From Chitinophagaceae bacterium (lineage in GTDB: Bacteria; Bacteroidota; Bacteroidia; Chitinophagales; Chitinophagaceae), in NCBI GenBank assembly GCA_947447465.1, contig CANFKE010000014.1, positions 8,531-72,530 of the forward strand: DNA of 64,000 nt, read 5' to 3'. A program made the position numbers and the translations under genes. Position 1 is the first letter of the stretch. Each line of letters opens with the position of its first letter. The notes beneath the pieces are model-generated. The model was not told the origin of the DNA. It saw only the letters and a list, made by a program, of their open reading frames with translations, and made no database searches. Shown piece after piece: positions 28,125-37,637 of this stretch.

Positions 28125-28271
28125 ATGAAAAAGAAGATAGGAAGAATAATTATTTATACTTTTTTAGGATTTTCATTGATGGAATTAGCCGAGGGTTGTG
28201 TAAGCAGTAGCAAGAAGTGCGGATGTGGCAGCGACCTGATGAATGCCTACAGAAGGCCAAGAAGGAGATAA
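28125..28271 (+). CDS. Small 48-aa lipoprotein with CxC and an Arg-rich tail; not in the ORF track
   Basis: MKKKIGRIIIYTFLGFSLMELAEGCVSSSKKCGCGSDLMNAYRRPRRR*; basic N-terminus, hydrophobic core, lipobox-like LAEGC. Confidence 0.65.
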   Translation: MKKKIGRIIIYTFLGFSLMELAEGCVSSSKKCGCGSDLMNAYRRPRRR

Positions 28272-28285
28272 AAAACTGATTTTTT

Positions 28286-28525
28286 ATGTGGCAGGGACAA
28301 AATACGTGGATCCATTACGTTAAGAACATCATAGCAGCCGATATATCGTCGGCCATATTTCTGGCATCATTCCTACGCAGGAGCAATATGAACAAGAGCT
28401 ACCTGACCCACCTGGAGGTAATAGACCTGCAACGATACAAACTGATCACCAAAACAAACAAAGTAAGGGCCGCACTCAATGAGAGCGCCAGCACCCCATT
28501 CATCTTTTTTGTGGGCAAAAACTAG
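28286..28525 (+). CDS. Hypothetical protein (79 aa)
   Basis: Fills an otherwise empty gap and starts 14 nt after the small lipoprotein; codon usage looks like neighbouring genes; no family recognised. Confidence 0.55.
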   Translation: MWQGQNTWIHYVKNIIAADISSAIFLASFLRRSNMNKSYLTHLEVIDLQRYKLITKTNKVRAALNESASTPFIFFVGKN

Positions 28526-28668
28526 CCGCAGCAATATTCCTACAGTAACTTGAGCTAATTAAAAGTATGTTAAGTGCTTGTATTGCCATACATGCCGAAC
28601 TTTCTTTTAATTACTTTTGTCGTTTTTACCCTATTATAGTATTTTAGCAGAACAGCACAACTAAATGA

Positions 28669-29427
28669 ATGGAATACGAAATTAAACATTCTGGAAAATT
28701 CAATTACCTGGAAGAAGGTACCGGTGAGCCATTGGTGCTCCTGCATGGTCTGTTTGGCGCTTTGAGTAATTTCAAAGACCTGGTAGATCATTTCAAACAT
28801 TCTTACAGAGTGATCATCCCACTGTTACCACTTTTCGACCTTACACTGCTGGAGACCAGCGTTGCGGGGCTTTCCAGATTCGTTACCAAGTTCATAGAAC
28901 ATCAGCAGCTTAAAGATGTGCACCTGCTGGGCAACTCACTGGGTGGCCATGTAGGATTGGTATATCTATTGAAACACCCTGAAAAAGTAAAGACGATCAC
29001 GCTTACGGGCAGTTCAGGCCTGTTTGAGAACGGCATGGGCGAAACCTATCCTAAGCGTGGCGACAGAGAATATATCCGCAAAAAGACCGAGCTTACCTTC
29101 TATGACCCTAAGGTTGCCACCAAAGAGCTGGTAGATGAGGTGTTCGAGATAGTGAACTCGCGCATGAAGGCGTTGAAGATCATTTCTCTGGCTCGTTCTG
29201 CCATCAAACACAATCTGGGTGATGAACTGAACACCATAACCACGCCTACCTGCCTGATATGGGGAAAGAATGACACGATCACTCCTCCTATGGTAGCTGA
29301 AGAATTCAAAACACTGATCCCGAATGCGGAGTTGCACTGGATAGACAAGTGCGGACATGCACCGATGATGGAAGTACCTGATGAATTCAATAAGATACTG
29401 GCTGCGTTTCTTGCCAAACACAAATAA
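28669..29427 (+). CDS. Alpha/beta hydrolase
   Basis: LLHGLFG oxyanion motif, GNSLGG nucleophile elbow, WGKND (Asp), CGHAPM (His); -7 box TACTTTTG at 28612-19. Confidence 0.93.
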   Translation: MEYEIKHSGKFNYLEEGTGEPLVLLHGLFGALSNFKDLVDHFKHSYRVIIPLLPLFDLTLLETSVAGLSRFVTKFIEHQQLKDVHLLGNSLGGHVGLVYLLKHPEKVKTITLTGSSGLFENGMGETYPKRGDREYIRKKTELTFYDPKVATKELVDEVFEIVNSRMKALKIISLARSAIKHNLGDELNTITTPTCLIWGKNDTITPPMVAEEFKTLIPNAELHWIDKCGHAPMMEVPDEFNKILAAFLAKHK

Positions 29428-29527
29428 ATGTATTGTCACCTGACAGCCATATTACTGACCAAGGCAATATAGCCGGTGAGCATGGCCTTCAATTTGTGAT
29501 ATATAACAATAACGAAACCCGAGGGAT

Positions 29528-30190
29528 ATGAGCATGACGCGGTTAATTTCATCATTAGTACCGATACTGACGCCGGAAGACACCGGAAGCAAGGCGTTGG
29601 CACTGATGGAAGAAAATAAGTTGGCAGAATTGCCTGTGGTGCAGGACGACCTATATATAGCACTGGTAAAGGAAGATGACCTTATGGACATGGCAGACAG
29701 CGAGCTGCCGCTAAAAGACACCGAACTATTACTGACCTATAAGCCGGCCATACCCGCCACATCTCATCCTTATGAAGCCCTGCGCCTCATCACACAAATG
29801 GAGCTGGATGTGCTTCCTGTAGTCAACTTTGAGCAAAAGTATCTTGGTGCCATCACCAAAGACACCATGCTTCAATACATATCGGAGCACAGCAGCTATG
29901 AGACACCCGGTGGTATCATAGTGCTGGAGATGGAAGCGCGCAACTATAGCCTGTATGAGATAGCCCGCATCTGCGAGAATGAGGATGTGACCATACTGAA
30001 TGCGCAGGTACACACCACACCTGAAGGCACGATGGAAGTGACCATAAAGACCAACCGATCGGCACTGGAAGCGGTGGTATCTTCACTGGAAAGACACGAC
30101 TACCGAGTAAAGGAAGTATTTGGCGACCAGAAGAACATGGAAGATGTGATGGGCAAATACAACCTGCTGATGAATTACCTAAACATGTAA
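29528..30190 (+). CDS. CBS-domain protein with a C-terminal ACT-like domain
   Basis: Two CBS repeats (LPVV..D.YI.LV; LPVV...KYLGAI); PGGIIVLE...YSL.EI.RI.E C-terminal domain. Confidence 0.88.
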   Translation: MSMTRLISSLVPILTPEDTGSKALALMEENKLAELPVVQDDLYIALVKEDDLMDMADSELPLKDTELLLTYKPAIPATSHPYEALRLITQMELDVLPVVNFEQKYLGAITKDTMLQYISEHSSYETPGGIIVLEMEARNYSLYEIARICENEDVTILNAQVHTTPEGTMEVTIKTNRSALEAVVSSLERHDYRVKEVFGDQKNMEDVMGKYNLLMNYLNM

Positions 30191-30198
30191 ATGCAACA

Positions 30199-30783
30199 AT
30201 GATAGCAATAGACCACGTACTACTGAGTGATGAGATAGTTGAAGAGAACTTTCTCTGCGACCTTAACAAGTGTAAAGGTGGCTGCTGTGTAGATGGCGAC
30301 TGCGGCGCGCCGATCACTCATGAAGAGTCCATGATCATTGCAGATCTATATCCGAAAATAAAGCCGCATCTGGAGCCTCAGTATCTGCCGGAGATAGAGC
30401 GCCAGGGCACACATACCACCGACCCTGAGCATGGGCTGGTGACCCCAACTGTAAACGGAGGTATCTGCGTATATGGCTATACCGATGAGTTGGGCATTGT
30501 TAAGTGCGGCATAGAAAAAGCATGGAAAGAAGGACATATCAACTTCAGAAAGCCTATCTCGTGCCATCTGTTCCCGATAAGGATAGTATCTAACCCGGGC
30601 TATGAGCTGGTGAACTATGAGCCAAGACAACAACTATGCAGACCCGCCTGCAAACAAGGCAATAAGCTGAAGGTGCCTGTATATAAATTTCTGAAAGAGG
30701 CCATTATACGCAAATATGGTGAAGAGTTTTACGACACCCTTTCGGCAGTGGCAGACAAGATGAAAGCAGATAAGAATAAATAA
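30199..30783 (+). CDS. DUF3109 family Cys-rich (probable Fe-S/Zn) protein
   Basis: FLCDLNKCKGGCCVDGDCGAP, KPISCHLFPIR and C..AC motifs. Confidence 0.88.
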   Translation: MIAIDHVLLSDEIVEENFLCDLNKCKGGCCVDGDCGAPITHEESMIIADLYPKIKPHLEPQYLPEIERQGTHTTDPEHGLVTPTVNGGICVYGYTDELGIVKCGIEKAWKEGHINFRKPISCHLFPIRIVSNPGYELVNYEPRQQLCRPACKQGNKLKVPVYKFLKEAIIRKYGEEFYDTLSAVADKMKADKNK

Positions 30784-30800
30784 AGGATACACAATAATAG

Positions 30801-30832
30801 TAACGGCAGATGGTACATACCATCTGCCGTTA
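30801..30832. terminator. Bidirectional terminator-like hairpin between the convergent DUF3109 gene and His-rich lipoprotein gene
   Basis: TAACGGCAGATGGTA-CA-TACCATCTGCCGTTA, a perfect 15-bp inverted repeat. Confidence 0.8.
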
Positions 30833-30836
30833 TTGT

Positions 30837-31001
30837 TTATCTGATGATCATTCGACCACCTGTGCCATGATGGAGGTGACCATGATCGCCATGATGACGT
30901 TGATAATAAGTGCCCCTGCCACGTGGTTCGCGAACAATACACGATGAACAATTGACAGTAGCTATCAGTACTGCTATAACAATGATCAGTTTCTGCTTCA
31001 T
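30837..31001 (-). CDS. Small 54-aa His-rich lipoprotein; not in the ORF track
   Basis: MKQKLIIVIAVLIATVNCSSCIVREPRGRGTYYQRHHGDHGHLHHGTGGRMIIR*; the stop abuts a hairpin. Confidence 0.75.
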   Translation of the reverse strand: MKQKLIIVIAVLIATVNCSSCIVREPRGRGTYYQRHHGDHGHLHHGTGGRMIIR

Positions 31002-31128
31002 AAGTTGACCCTTGTTGTTTAAACTCTGTATCTATGTTATCTGAATGAAAATCATGCCATGCCATTCTATTTGAGAACGGCACACAATGGTCAAGGATGT
31101 TGCGTCATTATTTTATTATTTTTGTCTC

Positions 31129-32394
31129 ATGCGCGTATTTAAGTTTGGTGGAGCCTCAATAGCTACCCCCGAAAGAATGGAGGCCCTGCTCCCGATCATC
31201 AGAAATGAACAAGAACCTGTACTGCTGGTGGTATCGGCATTAGGAAAATCTACTAATGCGCTGGAAAAAATAGTGAATACCGCATGTGGCGGCAATAAAG
31301 GAGCTGCGCTGCAACTGGCCGAGCATCTGGAGCAGGAACATCTGGAGTATGCCCGCACATTGCTGGACGATACCCATTACCAGAAAGCAGAAGAAAGCCT
31401 GCGTATCTATTTCAAAGAATTGAACAGGGGCATAGAACAAGCTGACGCATCCTGCTATGACCTTTCTTATGACCAGGTGGTATGTATGGGTGAGGTATGC
31501 TCTACCCTGCTGCTGCAATTCTATCTGGTACAGAATGGACTGCCATTTGATTGGGTAGATGCCCGAACTGTAATACGGACTGACGACACCTACAGAGATG
31601 CCGCTGTTGACTGGAACTTCAGCAAGCAACAAGTGCAGGCTGTAATAGGCCGTAAAATGAAGGCAGGAAGATCTATACTTACGCAGGGATTCATAGGTGC
31701 TACAACAGAAGGTAAATCTGTTACACTGGGGCGTGAAGGATCGGACTATACCGCGGCTATATTTGCGGCCATGCTGCAACTGGAATCGGTGACGATATGG
31801 AAGGACGTGGAGGGATTTCTGAATGCCGACCCCAAGATGTTTGCCAATACGGTGAAGATCGAGAACATATCGTATAATGAGGTGATAGAGATGGCATTTT
31901 ACGGTGCGCAGATCATTCACCCTAAGACCATAAAGCCGCTACAGAATAATAATATACCGCTCTACGTCAAATGTTTCCTTGACCCTTCTCTGAAGGGGAC
32001 TACCATACAGGGAGAAGTGAGCGGTATCAACTACCCGCCACTCATTGTTTTGAAGCACGATCAAATATTGCTGCAGGTAACCTCTCGCGACTTCTCTTTT
32101 ATTACCGAGGACAACCTGAGCAAGCTCTATGCTATGTTCCATGCCCGGAAGGTGAAGATAAATCTGATACAGAATGCCGCCATCAGCTTTGTGGCCTGTA
32201 TAGATAACAGGGCAGACAAGATAAAAGAACTCACAGAAGAGCTGAGTAAGGACTACAAGGTACTTTCTAATGAGAATGTAAGCCTGCTGACCATTCGCCA
32301 TTATACCCCTGAGATAGTAGAAGAGTTAACCGGAGGCAAGCAGCTATTGCTGAAGCAGGAGACCAGAAAGACGTTGCAGGTGGTGATGAAATGA
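31129..32394 (+). CDS. lysC: Aspartate kinase (monofunctional)
   Basis: VFKFGGAS, VVSALGK, DARTVI.TD, TLGREGSDYTAA, ADP and IHPKT motifs; C-terminal ACT domains. Confidence 0.93.
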   Translation: MRVFKFGGASIATPERMEALLPIIRNEQEPVLLVVSALGKSTNALEKIVNTACGGNKGAALQLAEHLEQEHLEYARTLLDDTHYQKAEESLRIYFKELNRGIEQADASCYDLSYDQVVCMGEVCSTLLLQFYLVQNGLPFDWVDARTVIRTDDTYRDAAVDWNFSKQQVQAVIGRKMKAGRSILTQGFIGATTEGKSVTLGREGSDYTAAIFAAMLQLESVTIWKDVEGFLNADPKMFANTVKIENISYNEVIEMAFYGAQIIHPKTIKPLQNNNIPLYVKCFLDPSLKGTTIQGEVSGINYPPLIVLKHDQILLQVTSRDFSFITEDNLSKLYAMFHARKVKINLIQNAAISFVACIDNRADKIKELTEELSKDYKVLSNENVSLLTIRHYTPEIVEELTGGKQLLLKQETRKTLQVVMK

Positions 32395-32437
32395 GGGGTG
32401 GGCGAAAAGTAACTTCTATGCTACTTATAAAATTTTT

Positions 32438-32463
32438 GTAGAGACGCAATCAGGCGTCTCTAC
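32438..32463. repeat. GTAG-tagged REP-like palindrome between the convergent lysC and ccmF-like genes
   Basis: GTAGAGACGC-AATCAG-GCGTCTCTAC, a perfect 10-bp stem. Confidence 0.75.
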
Positions 32464-32519
32464 GTATTTAAATGCATGGACCAACATTAGACATTACTAA
32501 GGTGTAGCGCTGATGTTAT

Positions 32520-35036
32520 TTACTTGACCGGAACTTTCTGTTCTACCAGTTTGTCTTTGGAACTACCTATTGTGAGTAGTTTACCGAGGCTGATGAAGAA
32601 ACCAATGACCATGATGATGACACCCAACCACAACACATTGATGTATGGGAATACCAATGCTTTAAGCACTATGTAATCGTCCATAGGATTGGTCTGTTTC
32701 ACCATGATCTCTGCAGAGGCTGAATCGGCTGATTTCACGATGATGTTCTCGAGTCTTGCATACAGATCCATTGAATGCACAGTGTCCTCTATCCTGTAAA
32801 CAGACTCCTTGTTATGCACTACATAGATAGGTGCTATCTGATGCACACCTCCGTAAATATCGTGCACAGTAAGATTGGCTGAAACGGCTATATCATCGGC
32901 ACCACCGGCAAAACGAGCATCTTTCACATCGCGTGTAAATCCGTTAAAGATCATGAAGCCATTGTCGAGGTAAATAGTATCACCGGGATTGCTTACCAGA
33001 CTGCGTTTGTAGGTGCTGGTATCAGACTTGCTCTTGTCTGTGGCCATGCTGATGTAAGTGAATATATCCCTGTTCCAATAGTGCTTGGTAGATGGGTTAG
33101 CACTCAGTCCGCTCTCATTACCCTTAGGATTGATAAAGGCATCGGGATAAAGCATGAACTCTTCTTCTACCTTCTTGGCTGCAGAATCCAGGCGTTCGAA
33201 CTTTACTTTATAATAGACCCTTCTGTCTTTGCCCGGCACACTGCTATCCCCAATATAGGTAGCAAAGTAATCGCCCATGGCCACGCCTCTACCCAATGGC
33301 AGTAGTTCATTTTCACGACTTTCGATCGCTTCTTCTTCAGGAGTGTTCTTATTGAATGTAAATGCCTCACCGGTAGTATTGAGGGAAATAGCATGCTTGT
33401 TGTATGACGACAACAAAATACCCAACAATACCGCACCAAAGCCGAAGTGAGCTACAGAAGGTCCGAGGTTTTTGAATTTGAGTTTTTGAATGACCATGCC
33501 GTATGCCAGACTGGCAACAATGGCAAAGCATGAAGTGAACAACATGACCGAGTACTGCGGGGTGGTTATCTTCTGACCGTAACCAATAGCTAAAGACATG
33601 ACCGCAGAAATAGCAGTAACAATACCTATACGCTTCCAGAGGGTCTTGGCATCAGTATCTTTATACTTCATGAAAAGGGTAAGTCCGGAAAGGAGACCAA
33701 TAATGATGGCGATCCATACCTGCTGGTTATTGTAATCTCTTACCAGATTAGTAGATGGCGCAAAATCCTTACCGGTTATCTTCTTGGCCAATGGTGCCCA
33801 AACCGGGAGAGAAGTAATGGTGATGATCATTACCGCTGAGATGCACAATACAGCAGAGCCAATGAACATCCAGAACTCGCGGGATAATGTAGCCTCTTCT
33901 GTTTTGATACGGGGCATTGCCTTCCAGCGCCATACAAGCAGACCAACAGTGATGAGTAACAACCAACCAATAACGGCAAGCAGATGATAAGTAAGCGCTT
34001 CCCCATCTCCGGTGAAGGCATGTACCGATGTTTTACCCAAAATGCCGGTGCGAGTAAGGAATGTAGAATACCAAACCAGCAGATGTGCCGCTGTAAGGAA
34101 GATCATGGTCATGGTGAGTGCCCTGCCAGTGCTCTTGAAAATAATGAGTGTATGCAGACCTGCGATCAATACCAACCAAGGCACCAGAGAAGCATTCTCT
34201 ACAGGATCCCAAGCCCAATAACCACCGAAGTTGAGCGACTCATAAGCCCAAGCACCACCCATGATGATACCGGTACCCAGAACTGCACCGCCTACTAAAG
34301 ACCACGCAATAGTAGGTTTAATGAACGTTTTATAATCGCCCTTCCATAATGCGGCTATGCAAAAGGCAAAAGGAATAAGTGATAATGCGAAGCCAAGGAA
34401 CAAAACCGGAGGATGAATGACCATCCAATAGTTCTGCAGGGAAATGTTGAGACCATTACCATCTTTAATAAAGCTCATGTAGTTAGGTGAGGAGAAGATC
34501 GGCGCTTCCTGCATAGCATGACGCAACAATAGGAACGGAGTGCTCCCCACCTTGATGGAATCGCCGAAATAGAGCCCCAGCAACATGGTACCCAGTATTA
34601 CCTGAGTCATGGCAATGATGGTCATAGTGCGGGTCTCCAAAGTTTTGGCGGTGCGCATAACTATCAGCCCCAGAACGCTGTGCCAGAACATCCACAACAT
34701 GAAGCTACCTTCCTGACCTTCCCAAAAGCAGGAAAGCAGGTATTTACCCGGCAGATCGTAAGACGAGTGCGACCAGGCGTAATGGTATTCGAAAAGGTGA
34801 TTGGTAATTATATAATAGAGGGTAACAAAAATAGAAATGATGGCAGCGGTGTGCAGCATAAAACCACCTCTTGCCATTTTCAGCCATGTATTGCTGCCCA
34901 AGGGGTCTTTTTGCTCCTGCCTTACTGCATTGAAGTAACTGACCGTACTGAACAACGCCGCTACAAAAGATGTGATAACAAAGAAATATCCCAGTTTCCC
35001 AGGCATCAGATGCTCTCCTAAAAATTCTGCAGCCAT
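32520..35036 (-). CDS. ccmF: Cytochrome c biogenesis heme lyase, CcmF/CcsA family
   Basis: WEGQEGSFMLW, IHPP and WWD-type motif GGYWAWDPVENASL; TRTGILG...HAF; many TM helices. Confidence 0.9.
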   Translation of the reverse strand: MAAEFLGEHLMPGKLGYFFVITSFVAALFSTVSYFNAVRQEQKDPLGSNTWLKMARGGFMLHTAAIISIFVTLYYIITNHLFEYHYAWSHSSYDLPGKYLLSCFWEGQEGSFMLWMFWHSVLGLIVMRTAKTLETRTMTIIAMTQVILGTMLLGLYFGDSIKVGSTPFLLLRHAMQEAPIFSSPNYMSFIKDGNGLNISLQNYWMVIHPPVLFLGFALSLIPFAFCIAALWKGDYKTFIKPTIAWSLVGGAVLGTGIIMGGAWAYESLNFGGYWAWDPVENASLVPWLVLIAGLHTLIIFKSTGRALTMTMIFLTAAHLLVWYSTFLTRTGILGKTSVHAFTGDGEALTYHLLAVIGWLLLITVGLLVWRWKAMPRIKTEEATLSREFWMFIGSAVLCISAVMIITITSLPVWAPLAKKITGKDFAPSTNLVRDYNNQQVWIAIIIGLLSGLTLFMKYKDTDAKTLWKRIGIVTAISAVMSLAIGYGQKITTPQYSVMLFTSCFAIVASLAYGMVIQKLKFKNLGPSVAHFGFGAVLLGILLSSYNKHAISLNTTGEAFTFNKNTPEEEAIESRENELLPLGRGVAMGDYFATYIGDSSVPGKDRRVYYKVKFERLDSAAKKVEEEFMLYPDAFINPKGNESGLSANPSTKHYWNRDIFTYISMATDKSKSDTSTYKRSLVSNPGDTIYLDNGFMIFNGFTRDVKDARFAGGADDIAVSANLTVHDIYGGVHQIAPIYVVHNKESVYRIEDTVHSMDLYARLENIIVKSADSASAEIMVKQTNPMDDYIVLKALVFPYINVLWLGVIIMVIGFFISLGKLLTIGSSKDKLVEQKVPVK

Positions 35037-35057
35037 TTTATAAGTAAAAATTTAAAA

Positions 35058-35077
35058 CCTGCCTGCCGGCAGGCAGG
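35058..35077. repeat. Perfect 20-bp palindrome CCTGCCTGCCGGCAGGCAGG
   Basis: Self-reverse-complementary with no loop; 80% GC in an AT-rich spacer. Confidence 0.8.
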
Positions 35078-35101
35078 GTGAAAACTTAAAAATTGTTTCT
35101 C

Positions 35102-35121
35102 GTAGCCCGGAATTCAACGGG
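35102..35121 (+). repeat. Degenerate GTAG-tagged REP-like copy
   Basis: GTAGCCCGGAATTCAACGGG resembles CAGCCCGGGATTTCAACCCCGGG at 14737-59. Confidence 0.5.
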
Positions 35122-35208
35122 TACTATTTTGAAACATTAAAATTGATCTATCGCAGGTGAAAAATCAAATGCAATAACCTATAAGCCTATTGAATGCAGA
35201 CATAAGCA

Positions 35209-35604
35209 CTACACACCCTCTCCCACGACCATATCCTTCTTGTACTTGGAAGGACACTTCATCTGAATGCCGCTGCAAATGAAAGTATTGTCTTTCATGT
35301 AGCCTTTCATTACCAATTGCTCGGATTTGTCGATGTCGCGCGGAGGAGCACCGTTGATGAACACCACCTGATGCATGGTGCCGGCTTTATCCTTGGCATA
35401 GAAGGTAAATTTGTTAGGATCGGTCTTGGCGTCGTAGTTTATGCCTTTGGCCTTATCAAAAAAGCCAATAACATGATAAGATTTGCCGGGTGTTTTAGCG
35501 GCAGAGTCAAAAGTCTCGTAGGTACTGAAATTGATGAACGTAGCAGAAATACCTGCAATAGCCACCACTACCAATAACAATAATGCAATATGTATCTTTT
35601 TCAT
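35209..35604 (-). CDS. ccmE: Heme chaperone CcmE, CxxxY variant
   Basis: N-terminal anchor; OB-fold-like; C-terminal QMKCPSKY; upstream of the ccmF-like gene; -7 box TAACTTTG upstream. Confidence 0.88.
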   Translation of the reverse strand: MKKIHIALLLLVVVAIAGISATFINFSTYETFDSAAKTPGKSYHVIGFFDKAKGINYDAKTDPNKFTFYAKDKAGTMHQVVFINGAPPRDIDKSEQLVMKGYMKDNTFICSGIQMKCPSKYKKDMVVGEGV

Positions 35605-35744
35605 AAAAATCTATGAAATGCAAAGTTAAGGTAAAACGGGTAAGTGTATTTCTTCAATATTATTTTAACATAAACCCAAGTCCAAAGATTATATTTACGT
35701 CTAATTGTATGTAACACATTATCAATAGTAAAATTATCCAATTT

Positions 35745-37424
35745 ATGAAAAGGTCTCTACTCTGCTCTATCCTTTGTTTGTACTGCCTGAGTCAAACATC
35801 AGCACAGACCCCATTCACTACAAGAGATTCCGTATTCATTAATAAGATCAATGCATCCGTGCTTTTGCACGGGGATATGTGGTGGGACCCTGTTTCTCAA
35901 CTACCTAAATGTGAATTTCCTAAATATACCGGCAAAAACATTGGATTTGTCAGTTCACTATGGATGAGTGGCTATGATGCAGGAGGTCAGCTACATGTAT
36001 CCTCACAAACCTACCGCCAGAGTGGCAATGACTATTGGCCCGGCCCTCTGGATGCCAGCGGGAATCTGAACTATTCGACGTCTGCTAACTGGGCGAAATT
36101 CTGGAAAGTACGTCGCTCTGACATTCAGTATTTTCAGAGCCTGACCACCCATACGACCAGCAATACTCCTGCGAGTATTCTTACCTGGCCGGCCGCAGGC
36201 AATACCTACGCTGCAGGATATGCAGGGGCTCCCCTTACCATAAGCGCAACTACAACAATGGCACCATTCATTGACCTTAACGCTAACGGCATTTATGAGC
36301 CACTGTCGGGTGAATATCCTGACGTAAAGGGAGATGAAGCCATCTGGTGGGCATTCAGCGATAATGGCCCTAGTCACAATAATTCTAACGGGCATCCACT
36401 AGGTGTGGAGATACATGCTATGTCTTATGGGTACGGGAGGGGTACACTTATAGACAATGTGGTGTATTATGAATATACGATCGTCAATAAATCGGGTAGT
36501 ACCTATAATAATTTCAGGCTTGCACAATTCTCAGACGCTGACCTTGGCTATTACCACGATGACTATGTAGGATTTGATTCAGCACACAGGATGAGCATCT
36601 ACTATAACGGCTATTTTGATGATGGATTTTCAGGTGGCCACCCTGCGGTATCATATGGCATTCATTGTCCGGTGCAGGGCGTGACGATGATAGAATTGCC
36701 CGGAGATGCGGGTACTACCTATGTACCTGCGGGCAACTTTGTATCTTACAACAATGACTTTTCGGTAATCGGCAATCCTAGTAATGATACAGGTTATGAC
36801 AATTATATAAGAGGTAAGAACCGAAATGGCATATTATTCACCAATGACTGGGTAGGACCCGGATTGCCAACATTACCCACCGGCACCGGCCCTGTAATGC
36901 GTTATTTTTATCCCGGCGACCCCTCAGATTCTTCACAATATTCAGAGTGTGCCGCCGGCAATAATCCGGGTGACAGGCGCACAGTGTTATCTACCAATGA
37001 TTTTACGCTTGCTCCCGGAGCATCTGCCAAAATAGTGATGGCACTTGTAGTTACAGACACCAATCAGGGAGGATGCCCTAATGTTAGCTTTCATGATATC
37101 AACACCGTTGCCGATACCGCATGGAATGTTTATCATAATCCACCTCCGCCACTACCTGCCGCTATCGGCAATATTAACGCAGGAGGTCAACTATCGGTAC
37201 ACCCCAATCCCGCAGGCAACTATCTGTATGTGGACATAGCCGGAGCAATGAGCACACGTGCTACCATAACAATTTACAATGCATTAGGACAACTGCAGGA
37301 AGCACCCGTTACAGATAATGCACAGGGAAAGGTGATCAACATTTCAGCATTACCACCCGCAGTATATTTTATGCATTATTGCAATGACGCAACACAGCGG
37401 GTAATAAAGTTCGTAAAGCAATAA
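35745..37424 (+). CDS. T9SS type A CTD cargo protein, function unknown
   Basis: Signal peptide; QTYRQSGNDYWPGPLD and DADLGYYHDDYVGFD motifs; C-terminal VHPNPA...IYNALGQ...LPPAVYF...KFVKQ. Confidence 0.88.
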   Translation: MKRSLLCSILCLYCLSQTSAQTPFTTRDSVFINKINASVLLHGDMWWDPVSQLPKCEFPKYTGKNIGFVSSLWMSGYDAGGQLHVSSQTYRQSGNDYWPGPLDASGNLNYSTSANWAKFWKVRRSDIQYFQSLTTHTTSNTPASILTWPAAGNTYAAGYAGAPLTISATTTMAPFIDLNANGIYEPLSGEYPDVKGDEAIWWAFSDNGPSHNNSNGHPLGVEIHAMSYGYGRGTLIDNVVYYEYTIVNKSGSTYNNFRLAQFSDADLGYYHDDYVGFDSAHRMSIYYNGYFDDGFSGGHPAVSYGIHCPVQGVTMIELPGDAGTTYVPAGNFVSYNNDFSVIGNPSNDTGYDNYIRGKNRNGILFTNDWVGPGLPTLPTGTGPVMRYFYPGDPSDSSQYSECAAGNNPGDRRTVLSTNDFTLAPGASAKIVMALVVTDTNQGGCPNVSFHDINTVADTAWNVYHNPPPPLPAAIGNINAGGQLSVHPNPAGNYLYVDIAGAMSTRATITIYNALGQLQEAPVTDNAQGKVINISALPPAVYFMHYCNDATQRVIKFVKQ

Positions 37425-37440
37425 ACTCAGACGATACACA

Positions 37441-37470
37441 ATAAAGCCGGAGCAACTGCTCCGGCTTTAT
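37441..37470 (+). terminator. Intrinsic terminator
   Basis: ATAAAGCCGGAGCA-AC-TGCTCCGGCTTTAT. Confidence 0.85.
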
Positions 37471-37637
37471 TGTGTAAAAAGGTGAGATCGACAGTATTCA
37501 GATGTAGTAATGTTAAGGCATACATAATAACAGATATTGAATATTTAAAACTATTTTTACGATAACAAAGCAGATATTCAAGCTTTGTGTAGGTGCGGTG
37601 GTACATTTTTGTTGTGTTGTTATTTAAGTCAACAATC

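Noticed and set aside
30634-31083. 149-aa ORF on the - strand
   Set aside because: Overlaps the DUF3109 gene and runs through the terminator hairpin; the 54-aa lipoprotein in another frame explains the region better.
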